Source of the DNA: Spirochaetota bacterium | Lineage (GTDB): Bacteria; Spirochaetota; UBA4802; UBA5550 | Assembly (NCBI GenBank): GCA_963664815.2 | Contig: CAXXHB010000003.1 | Location: 416,001 to 480,000, forward strand | Length of the DNA: 64,000 bases | Reading direction: 5' to 3' | Shown here: piece by piece, positions 48,174 to 56,749 of the stretch | Layout: every line of letters begins with the position of its first letter | Numbering within the stretch: position 1 is the stretch's first letter | Translations under genes and position numbers: made by a program | The notes under the pieces: model-generated | Databases searched by the model: none | Seen by the model: only the letters and a program-made list of their open reading frames with translations | What the model was told of the DNA's origin: nothing

Positions 48174-49073
48174 ATGTTACTTAAAGCTGTCAAACCGTGG
48201 ATCGTATCATTCAGGCTCAGAACTCTTCCTCTGTCGGCATCCTGTATTATAATGGGAAGCTTCCTTGCAGCCCATTATGGAAAATTTAATATTGTTGTTT
48301 TGATTCTCGCTCTGATCACTACTCTTCTCCTGCAGATACTTTCAAATATTTCCAATGAATATGGTGATATGCTCAAAGGAACGGATACGGATGAAAGAGT
48401 CGGTCCTGAGAGATCAATTCAGCGGGGAGATATTACCCTTGCGCAGATGAAAATAATGATGATTGCGATTGTGATTATTACGGCAGTAACGGGGCTGTCG
48501 CTTGTTGTTTATGCGGCACACTCATATTTTACAATACTTTTCATCTTCGCAGGGGGGGCAGCCATCACTGCAGCGATAAAATATACGGTTGGTAAAAAAC
48601 CTTATGGTTACAGGGCGCTCGGTGACCTTTTCGTATTTATCTTTTTCGGACCTGTCGGAGTTATGGGGACATTTTTTCTGCATTCTGGTATATTCAGAGC
48701 GGATATTCTGCTTCCGTCAATTACTGCCGGGCTGCTCAGTGTTGCTGTACTTAACCTTAACAACATGAGGGATATTGATAATGACCTGAAACATGGAAAA
48801 ATTACACTGGCTTCGATTCTTGGTAAAAAATATAGTAGAATTTATCATCTTCTGATCCTTCTTGTTTCAGTTACGGCAAGCCTTATTTTCGCATATATGA
48901 ATTTCATTTTGTCAGTACGATTCTGTTACATAATAGTCTTTATACCCCTTGTTTCTGATCTGTTTGTGGTCTTTACTTTCAAAAATCCCGCAGAACTTGA
49001 TCCAGAACTGAAGAAAGTCGCTGTTTCAAATTTTCTCCATGCGGTATTGCTTGGAATTGCTCTTATAAGCTGA
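48174..49073 (+). CDS. menA: 1,4-dihydroxy-2-naphthoate polyprenyltransferase
   Basis: RLRTLPLS, NISNEYGD..KGTD, YGYRALGD, NNMRDIDND...KITLA. Confidence 0.93.
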   Translation: MLLKAVKPWIVSFRLRTLPLSASCIIMGSFLAAHYGKFNIVVLILALITTLLLQILSNISNEYGDMLKGTDTDERVGPERSIQRGDITLAQMKIMMIAIVIITAVTGLSLVVYAAHSYFTILFIFAGGAAITAAIKYTVGKKPYGYRALGDLFVFIFFGPVGVMGTFFLHSGIFRADILLPSITAGLLSVAVLNLNNMRDIDNDLKHGKITLASILGKKYSRIYHLLILLVSVTASLIFAYMNFILSVRFCYIIVFIPLVSDLFVVFTFKNPAELDPELKKVAVSNFLHAVLLGIALIS

Positions 49074-49141
49074 TTAATATGACATATATTTTGTTTTGCT
49101 CATAATTGTAACTGGATAGTTGGAGTCTTTAGAGAGTTTAC

Positions 49142-49240
49142 TGACCCTTTACTGACAGTATATCGACAGTAGTTTACTTATGTCTGAAAGGGTGAGCATA
49201 CTGTTTGAATACTGTCAATAGACTGTCAGCAAAAAGCGTC
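49142..49240. repeat. Long imperfect inverted repeat (MITE-like or structured RNA)
   Basis: CTGACAGTATATCGACAGTA ... TACTGTCAATAGACTGTCAG. Confidence 0.6.
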
Positions 49241-49442
49241 AAAACAGCTTCAATTTTTTAATAAATATGGTTATGTCATTTCAAATTATCTGACATTTAC
49301 GTTGTCCGGATTCATTTGAAAATTAAGAAACATAGCGGTATTTACCTCAGGATAATATCAGCTTTGTTTATAACCGGATGATAATTACCGGCTGCCGGTT
49401 TTAAAGTTAATCTGCAGCCGGTTCATTACCTGTTTCAGATGG

Positions 49443-50363
49443 CTAGAAAATCTTTGTTAAAACCAGACTCGTGGTATTTCCCTCTGTGCGGTCGCGGGCG
49501 CCAAACTCCCATTCTGTTCTTACAGTTACTGCAAGCATTGCAGGGGGGATGAAAACTCCAATTTCGGGACCAGCCGCAAATACCCTGTCGTGAACACCGG
49601 TATCGTATGATGCAGTTCCGGCTCCATTATCATCAGTAATCTGCCATTGACAATAACCTGCAACTCCTGCGTCGATTATTTTCATGAATGTTTTACCAAA
49701 TCCCCATTCAAAATGGAAATCATCCCCCGGACGGATTTTTACCTCGCTCTTTTCAGTATGTTTCTCATATCTTGCAAGCAATGACGCACTCCATGTCTTA
49801 TCACTGTCAAAGTAGATGGTACTACCGGCGGTAAGCATCAGGGTCCACATATCCTTGCCTGCTGAAGCCGACTTGTCTTTATCATATCTGCCTGTCGGTG
49901 CATAAACGGCAATCCCTGCTGCCAGGTCATATCTTTCTCCGTGCCATGAAAGCGCAGCCGGTTCAAAGCATATATCACCAGGGGCAAACTGATCATCTTC
50001 AACAACAAGAGATGCAGGTACAATTTCCATTCTGAAATCTGTATATACAAGCGGAACAGTAATGTCTGCAAGTAGATCCGCGTCGAATATTTTTAAACCG
50101 GTTCCGAATATAAACCTGTGAACATTGGCTATAACCGTAATATCAGGATTAAGCTTTTCTGATTTTTTACCATCGCTGTCTTTCATGCTGTCAGTTTTGT
50201 ACATGACATTATACATTTTATAATAAAAACCGGGACCTGGGAGAGTTGCCCCTTTTATCCCTTCCACTCCATTTGTGTAGTGTCCTGTCTCCCCGGCAAA
50301 TGCGGGGAAACCGGCTGCCGCTATCAGCAGTACCGCTGCAGCTCTGTATATAAATATCTTCAT
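49443..50363 (-). CDS. SphA / phenol MetA-pathway type outer-membrane channel
   Basis: Signal peptide, GHYTNGVEG...PGPGFY, APTGRYD, GYCQWQITDD, terminal Phe. Confidence 0.82.
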   Translation of the reverse strand: MKIFIYRAAAVLLIAAAGFPAFAGETGHYTNGVEGIKGATLPGPGFYYKMYNVMYKTDSMKDSDGKKSEKLNPDITVIANVHRFIFGTGLKIFDADLLADITVPLVYTDFRMEIVPASLVVEDDQFAPGDICFEPAALSWHGERYDLAAGIAVYAPTGRYDKDKSASAGKDMWTLMLTAGSTIYFDSDKTWSASLLARYEKHTEKSEVKIRPGDDFHFEWGFGKTFMKIIDAGVAGYCQWQITDDNGAGTASYDTGVHDRVFAAGPEIGVFIPPAMLAVTVRTEWEFGARDRTEGNTTSLVLTKIF

Positions 50364-50432
50364 CGATTACCTCTTTTTTCAGTTTAATTAATCCAAAATC
50401 CGGCGGGGCGGTACGCCGGAAACGTACCACCC

Positions 50433-50687
50433 TCATCTTCCAGCCTGTTTTTTCCCCCCCTTAAGCTTTTCTGAAAGCAGGTAGTATGGGTATAAAATAA
50501 CGTAAAGAAGAACCCCGGGACTGAATGCAGCCCTTAAAAAGCCCCCGAATTCTCCCGGTGTTATGTACATCTTTGCTGGCCATGCCCCCATGAGAGATCC
50601 TGTAATCTCAATTGAGTTTCCCTTTTTTCTGATTCCTGAAACAATCATCATCGGGGAGCCTTTATCTGAAATAATTGTTAACTTCAT
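50433..50687 (-). CDS. Small hypothetical protein (84 aa) with a C-terminal hydrophobic helix
   Basis: GAGGA RBS; start 11 nt after the oxidoreductase stop codon. Confidence 0.75.
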   Translation of the reverse strand: MKLTIISDKGSPMMIVSGIRKKGNSIEITGSLMGAWPAKMYITPGEFGGFLRAAFSPGVLLYVILYPYYLLSEKLKGGKKQAGR

Positions 50688-50698
50688 TGATTCCTCTT

Positions 50699-52285
50699 TT
50701 ACCTGTCCCACCATTTTTTCTTCATCTTCATGTCTTCAGCTATAACCTGAACCGCATTATAGCCGCAGGCGCCGCCTATGCTTCCGCTGGGATGTGTCGA
50801 TGCTCCGCACATGTAAAGATTCTTATAGGGTGTTCTGTATGGAGCATATTCCACAAAGGGTCTGAACACGGTCATCTGATCCTGTGTCATCTGTCCGTGA
50901 TTAAAGCCGCCGTGAATCATGGAAGTCCACTTCCGCTCTGTATCGCGCGGTGACATGATATATGTTTTAAGAAGTGCCTTATCCATGTTAGTGACATACT
51001 GTCCCCACACCCTGATGCATCTTTCTGCGAATTCAGCCTTAACTTCGTCCCATTCGTCCGGACCTTTATCCTTCAGTTTATAAGGGACATACTGCCATCC
51101 TATAGCTGTGGCCTTCCCGGCCGGGGCCTGTGACGGGTCAACTGCTGCGGGGTAAGCGGTGAACATGCGCGGGTATGAAGGGAGCTGCTGCATATTGATC
51201 TCTGCAAAATCATTATAAAGCTCCTGCGGATTATCAACAAGTAAAACTCCAAGGCACCTGTTGATATCCGGATTAAAATCAGCACATTTCCATTTCAGCG
51301 GTTCATCAAGGGCCAGATGTGTAGTAAAAAGAACAGTGTCTTCGGCTCTCCAGCGCTCTACAGATCTTTTGAAATCGTGGGGGAGAGTGCTTTCACCAAT
51401 AAGATCTATGAAAGTGGTGTGAGGTTCAAGGTTGGTAATAACAAGTTTATCAGCTTTAATAACAGTACCATCCGCAAGCTCAACACCAGTTGCAATGTCT
51501 TTCTCGACCAGTATCCTTTTTACATGGGCATTGGTCATGACCTTTCCGCCATTATCCTCGAGGCATCTTACAAAAGCCTCTCCGAGATTTCCGGATCCAC
51601 CCCTGCAAATTGTCCAGCCGTGGGGATCATGTGTTTCGCCAAGCATCATCGGCACAAACACTCCAAACCCGAGAGTATCCGGCGCTCCGCCAAACTCCTT
51701 GATAAATGCGAGGAGAAGTGATTTCAGTTCGTTTGATTCGAAGAGTTCCTCAATGACATTTTTCGGGCTTGAAAGCTGCATCCTGAGCATATTAAGCCCC
51801 TCGACACTCCCCTCCATGGCCGTTGCAGCAAGTGAATTCGGCTGGGGAGGATTGAAGAACCATGGGCCTATCATGTTGTCAACAAGCACCCGGAAGTTCA
51901 TTGCAAGCTCTCTGTAAGTCACCGCATCCTTCGCAGAAAAACGTGCAATCTCCGCGCAGGTTTTGTCAATATCCCTGTACAGTACCAGGCATTTCCCGTT
52001 GGTAAATACCGCTCCGACCTGCGCATCAGGCCAGATATACTCTGCCCCGTACTTCTCAAGCTGAAGATCCCTGTATACAGGACCCATGTGAAGTATTCCG
52101 TGGAAGAGTGAAGCAAGATTGTGTTTAAAGCCCGGGAGTGTTGCTTCTTCTGTCCATGCTCCGCCCCCCGCTTTGGGGAGACGTTCAACAACAAGAACCC
52201 TGTAGCCCGCCTTTTGAAGATAGCATGCAGCCGTTAACCCGTTATGACCTCCGCCGACTACTATTACATCATAATTTTCAGACAT
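50699..52285 (-). CDS. FAD-dependent oxidoreductase, phytoene-dehydrogenase superfamily (COG1233-like)
   Basis: VVGGGHNGL, GGSGNL, YRTPYKNLYMCGASTHPSG...GACGYNA. Confidence 0.9.
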   Translation of the reverse strand: MSENYDVIVVGGGHNGLTAACYLQKAGYRVLVVERLPKAGGGAWTEEATLPGFKHNLASLFHGILHMGPVYRDLQLEKYGAEYIWPDAQVGAVFTNGKCLVLYRDIDKTCAEIARFSAKDAVTYRELAMNFRVLVDNMIGPWFFNPPQPNSLAATAMEGSVEGLNMLRMQLSSPKNVIEELFESNELKSLLLAFIKEFGGAPDTLGFGVFVPMMLGETHDPHGWTICRGGSGNLGEAFVRCLEDNGGKVMTNAHVKRILVEKDIATGVELADGTVIKADKLVITNLEPHTTFIDLIGESTLPHDFKRSVERWRAEDTVLFTTHLALDEPLKWKCADFNPDINRCLGVLLVDNPQELYNDFAEINMQQLPSYPRMFTAYPAAVDPSQAPAGKATAIGWQYVPYKLKDKGPDEWDEVKAEFAERCIRVWGQYVTNMDKALLKTYIMSPRDTERKWTSMIHGGFNHGQMTQDQMTVFRPFVEYAPYRTPYKNLYMCGASTHPSGSIGGACGYNAVQVIAEDMKMKKKWWDR

Positions 52286-52365
52286 AGATTTACTCCTTAT
52301 TTTATCTGATGATTTTTTATGAGTCTGACTATGGCTTATTATATATCTGAAGAATTAATATGACT

Positions 52366-52381
52366 TCACCCGGACGGGTGA
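52366..52381. promoter_or_regulatory. Palindromic operator TCACCC-N4-GGGTGA
   Basis: Upstream of the oxidoreductase; second copy inside 53682-53713. Confidence 0.7.
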
Positions 52382-52450
52382 CATGAAGAATTTATTGTAT
52401 TTTTTTACAGGGGTGTTTGCCCTTATTTTATAAATGCTGCGGCAGTTTAC

Positions 52451-53524
52451 TTACAGTTTGTTTTTATTTCTCTGCGCCTCCTCAATGAGTCTGTATACCT
52501 TTGAAACAAGCTGAGTCCTTGAATTCACATTCATTTTAAGGAAAAGGTTGTCAAGATGCCTCTTCACTGTGTTGACAGAAATACCCAATTCTGATGCGAT
52601 CTCCTTATTCTGCATACCTCTTTCAACGAACTGCAGAACTTCAACCTCCCTGTTTGAAAGAACTCCCCTGAACCTGGAAAACCCTGCAGGCTGCTGCATC
52701 TCCTCAAGAATAACGAGAGACTGCCCCACTTTAGAGCCAGGGATGGGGCAATATCCTGCGCTTAAATTATCAGCGTATGTTCTGCCTGATTCCCCCTGTT
52801 CTTTATGCCCTTTACTGAGTAAAAGTTTCAGATTCCCTGACGGATCATCTCTGCCAAGCGTACGCTCCGCAATAATCCTTGCGGCACTGTTTGCATACTG
52901 AGGGGAGTAGTCTGAATCAGTAATTATTATCCCCTGCCGCACCTGATCCATTTCATTACAAAACCGCTTTCTGAAATCTGATTTTTTACTATATGTGAGA
53001 GAATCTGAAACAGAGAGGCTCATAAACCGGCTGATTATTGAAACCGCCTTAAGATCGGTTTCGTTAAAAGCCCCTTCACCGACCTCTCTGCCGAAATTGA
53101 GAGTGCCTATAATATCCTGTCCGAAAATGAGAGGAGACTGCATTGCAAAATCGATAGACGCTGTTTTTACTATATTGTATACCGGATGATGCCGCCACCC
53201 CTCAAGCCCCAGAAGCGTCTGAGACTGGTATGGAGCTCTTATTTTTGTTATCCAGCCTCTCAGGGGGTCTACATCCCTTCCTTCGGCTTCATAATATTTT
53301 ATAAAATCCACATCAACGCCGCTTGCTGTAATACGGACCGGTTTTTTCTTTTCCGGTTTAAAAAAATAGAGCGCTGTTGCATGTGCCGGTATAAGGCGTG
53401 ATATTGAATTAAGATATTTACCCTCAAGCTCCTCAAGGGTTAAAGGAGAAAGTAAAGATGATATTATTTCTTCCAGAGAAGCCAGTACATCAAACTGATT
53501 TGAACTGTTAACTTTAAAATCCAT
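52451..53524 (-). CDS. GAF(+PAS-like) LuxR-family transcriptional regulator
   Basis: GAF (SPLIFGQDIIGTLNFGR...F); LSNREVEVL...GMQNKEIASELGISVNTVKRHL HTH. Confidence 0.92.
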   Translation of the reverse strand: MDFKVNSSNQFDVLASLEEIISSLLSPLTLEELEGKYLNSISRLIPAHATALYFFKPEKKKPVRITASGVDVDFIKYYEAEGRDVDPLRGWITKIRAPYQSQTLLGLEGWRHHPVYNIVKTASIDFAMQSPLIFGQDIIGTLNFGREVGEGAFNETDLKAVSIISRFMSLSVSDSLTYSKKSDFRKRFCNEMDQVRQGIIITDSDYSPQYANSAARIIAERTLGRDDPSGNLKLLLSKGHKEQGESGRTYADNLSAGYCPIPGSKVGQSLVILEEMQQPAGFSRFRGVLSNREVEVLQFVERGMQNKEIASELGISVNTVKRHLDNLFLKMNVNSRTQLVSKVYRLIEEAQRNKNKL

Positions 53525-53681
53525 CCATCCCTCCCTGAAGCATTTGATGAATGCTTATAGATTCTTATTTAATTGTGTAAAATACTACTGTTTTTTTAAG
53601 TAAAATAATAAAATTTAATATGATAATGGTGTCTGTATTTTCAGAGATCACCTCCTGATCATAATAACACACGGGCACCGG

Positions 53682-53713
53682 TTTTAACATCACCCATCCG
53701 GGTGATGTTAAAA
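53682..53713. promoter_or_regulatory. Palindrome with perfect 14-bp arms containing TCACCC-N4-GGGTGA
   Basis: TTTTAACATCACCC-ATCC-GGGTGATGTTAAAA between the divergent luxR and kinase genes. Confidence 0.72.
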
Positions 53714-53783
53714 TTTATTTAACAAGCTCACTTAAGCTTAAAAATTATTGACATTTCGGTTAAAAAAGTTTTTAACAGGCGAC

Positions 53784-56639
53784 ATGCGGTTATTTCATCC
53801 CATAAAACAGCCTGAACATGTTTTCATGGCCATCTGCTGCCTGGCGCTGCTCATGTTTACGGCATGCGGAGATAACAGCGGGAAAAAGAGGCTTCCCCCT
53901 GCAGAGAGGGGGGTAATTGACCTGAGAAACCTGGATTTTCAGAGGGATGGTCCGGTAAACCTTGACGGGGAGTGGGAGTTTTACCCCGGCTGTCTCTATA
54001 CCCCCGGTGATTTTGCAGGAAATAAAACAGAAAATGCGGTTTTTATAAAAGTACCGGGGATATGGAAAGATATTGCCCCCGGAGGGAATGCTCTTCCGTC
54101 AAAGGGGGAGGGAACGTACCGCCTGAAGATAATCTGCAGCCCGGATGAACAAAAGAAAGTCCTCTCCCTTTACCGTATATACTCGGCTTACAGTGTCTGG
54201 ATAAACGGGGTACATCTCTGTGAAAAGGGGATGGCCGATTCCACATCAAAGAGTGAAAAGAATTATGTATATATCCACAGCAAAACTACAGTGCCCTTCG
54301 TACCGGAAAACGGAATAAATGAAATAGTGCTTCAGGTTGTCAATTACGATCATGAGTCGGGGGGTATAGGGAGACCCCTTGAGCTGCAGAATGAAGAGAC
54401 CATGCTGCATGACAGGTTTGCAAGGCATACGGTGGAGATGATTATAGTGGGGCTGGTGCTCTTTTTTGCGATATCAAACCTGCTGCTCTACTTTTTCCGC
54501 AGCGATGATAAGGCAGCGCTCTATTCTGGTCTATTCTGTCTCTTCACAGCAGTAAACGTCTTTAACCTGAATATACCGATTCTTTCAGGACCGCTATACT
54601 GGCCGCGGAATCCATATCTTTCAAACTTCCTCACCGCTGTCCTTGTGGAACTTTTCAGCATGATATCGATCAGGTCAATTTTTCCTGAGGAGTTTTCAAC
54701 GTATGTCATGCGCTTAATCCAGGTGATCCTCATCCCGTTTTTTATTGTTCTTCCCTTCGTCGATTTCAGAATATCGGAAAAGATGATGCTGGTATTTTTC
54801 ATATTAACTATTTTGTTTCTTACTTACGGAATGTATGTTCTTGTGAAAGCAATAATTAACCGCAGGGATGATGCCATTCTCTTTTTTATCGGTTTTGCAC
54901 CGGCCTATGCAGGGGGTATCAATGATGCCTTTTACGCCTTGTGGATTCTCAAAACCTCAAATGTTTTCCATTACGGAGCAACTATATTATGTATTACTAT
55001 AACTTTTATAATTGCACGCCGTTTTTCCAGAACCATGCAGAGGCTTTCAGACGATCTTATTGAAAAGAACATCTCCCTTGAGAAGCTTGACAGAATCAAG
55101 GATCAGCTCCTGGCCAATACCTCACATGAGCTGCGCACCCCCCTTCACGGTATTATAGGTCTTTCCGAAACAATGCTTGACGGCACGGCGGGCAGCCTGT
55201 CACCCGGGGCGCGTGAGAACCTCTCCCTTATAGCATCCAGCGGGCACAGGCTTGCAAACATGGTTAACGACCTGCTGGACATGGCAATGATTCAGGATAA
55301 GGGGATTAACCTGAATCTTCGCGCCCTTAACATCTGTGCCTTAAGCGATATGGTGGTGAAGCTTTCACTCCCCCTGGTCGGCGGCAAGCCGGTTGAAATT
55401 ATAAACAGCATATCTGCCGGTATACCTCCTGTACTTGCCGATGAAGACCGGATACGGCAGGTGCTGCACAACCTTGTGGGTAATGCAATCAAGTTTACGG
55501 CCAGCGGAGTAATTGAATTGTCCTCCAGGGTAATTCCCCCTGACGATGAAACTGGCGAAAGCGGTATTGTTGAGATCAGCGTATCCGATACCGGGATAGG
55601 TGTTCCGGCTGAGTACAGGGAGAGTATATTCGAGGTGTACAGCCAGGTTGATACGGGTGATACACGGTCATACTCCGGTACTGGGCTGGGGCTTGCAATT
55701 GCGAAGCAGATAATTGAACTGCACGGCGGAACCATAAGGGTTGCGCCCGGGATGGAATGCGGCTCGGTATTTACATTTTCTCTTCCGGTATCGGAGACCC
55801 TCACTGCGGAGGATGCAGGCGAGGTTATAATTGAGAGTATGAATGACATGTCTGCAGGGGTCGGCATGGTGAATAACCATGCCTCTGCAGCGGGGCCGGG
55901 AGATGATGCTTTCGCCGGGAACCCTGTGCTGCTGGTTGTGGATGATGACCCTGTTAATATACGGCTTCTTCAGAACTGCCTGGAGCCAAGGAATTGCGTG
56001 GTCAAAACGGCAACTGACGGGGCCGGCGCTCTCGAGATACTGGAGAGGGACGGCACCATAGACCTTGTGCTCCTTGATATCATGATGCCGGTGATGTCAG
56101 GTTACGAGGTGTGCCGGAGGATACGCATGAGACGGTCGCCGGAGGAGCTGCCGGTTATTATGCTGACCGCGAAAAACATGATGTCGGATATAGATGCAGC
56201 CTTCGATGCAGGTGCAAATGACTACATAGTAAAACCATTTCATCTGAGTGAACTCCTTGTCCGGTCAGCCTCAATGTTAAAACTCAGAAGAGTCAAAAAG
56301 TCAGCTGCAAGCGGTATATCCATACACAGCAGGGGAACTGTGCATTCATTCACATTCAGCGAGATAATATATGTTACCTCCAGTGCAAAGAACATAATAA
56401 TCCATGCAGTTGACGCCGATACAGAACTCCCGGTGATGATGAAGGATATAGCTGACCGCCTCCCCCCTGACATGTTTGTCAGGATCCATAAATGTCACAT
56501 TATCAACATAAGGTTTATCCGCTCATTGAACCATGTAATATCAGGACGTTACCGGGTATTGCTTCGCGACGAGGATGACACATATTTACCCGTCGGGCCG
56601 GCATTTCTTGAGTCACTCAGAAAAAAAATTCAGATATGA
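53784..56639 (+). CDS. Hybrid sensor kinase 1: jelly-roll sensor-7TM-HisKA-HATPase-REC-LytTR
   Basis: Lipobox-like FTAC; NLDGEWEFY; SHELRTP; NLVGNAIKF; DTGIG; GTGLGL; VVDDD/LLDIMMP/DYIVKP; FVRIHKCHIIN (LytTR). Start placed where homology with the paralog begins; exact start uncertain. Confidence 0.92.
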   Translation: MRLFHPIKQPEHVFMAICCLALLMFTACGDNSGKKRLPPAERGVIDLRNLDFQRDGPVNLDGEWEFYPGCLYTPGDFAGNKTENAVFIKVPGIWKDIAPGGNALPSKGEGTYRLKIICSPDEQKKVLSLYRIYSAYSVWINGVHLCEKGMADSTSKSEKNYVYIHSKTTVPFVPENGINEIVLQVVNYDHESGGIGRPLELQNEETMLHDRFARHTVEMIIVGLVLFFAISNLLLYFFRSDDKAALYSGLFCLFTAVNVFNLNIPILSGPLYWPRNPYLSNFLTAVLVELFSMISIRSIFPEEFSTYVMRLIQVILIPFFIVLPFVDFRISEKMMLVFFILTILFLTYGMYVLVKAIINRRDDAILFFIGFAPAYAGGINDAFYALWILKTSNVFHYGATILCITITFIIARRFSRTMQRLSDDLIEKNISLEKLDRIKDQLLANTSHELRTPLHGIIGLSETMLDGTAGSLSPGARENLSLIASSGHRLANMVNDLLDMAMIQDKGINLNLRALNICALSDMVVKLSLPLVGGKPVEIINSISAGIPPVLADEDRIRQVLHNLVGNAIKFTASGVIELSSRVIPPDDETGESGIVEISVSDTGIGVPAEYRESIFEVYSQVDTGDTRSYSGTGLGLAIAKQIIELHGGTIRVAPGMECGSVFTFSLPVSETLTAEDAGEVIIESMNDMSAGVGMVNNHASAAGPGDDAFAGNPVLLVVDDDPVNIRLLQNCLEPRNCVVKTATDGAGALEILERDGTIDLVLLDIMMPVMSGYEVCRRIRMRRSPEELPVIMLTAKNMMSDIDAAFDAGANDYIVKPFHLSELLVRSASMLKLRRVKKSAASGISIHSRGTVHSFTFSEIIYVTSSAKNIIIHAVDADTELPVMMKDIADRLPPDMFVRIHKCHIINIRFIRSLNHVISGRYRVLLRDEDDTYLPVGPAFLESLRKKIQI

Positions 56640-56642
56640 CGC

Positions 56643-56688
56643 ACAGTTCATTCCCCCGGAAGAACAGTTTATTCCGGCGCCATTGACA
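56643..56688 (+). promoter_or_regulatory. LytTR-type direct-repeat box + -35
   Basis: ACAGTTCAT-N12-ACAGTTTAT-N10-TTGACA. Confidence 0.8.
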
Positions 56689-56749
56689 GAACAGCCTGCA
56701 GGATGGTAAGTAGTTACTGTTAGAAAAAGCGTAGTAACTGGCAGGGTGT

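Noticed and set aside
50699-52285. Carotenoid desaturase crtI
   Set aside because: No crtB/crtE neighbours; motifs and context fit the non-carotenoid COG1233 flavoproteins
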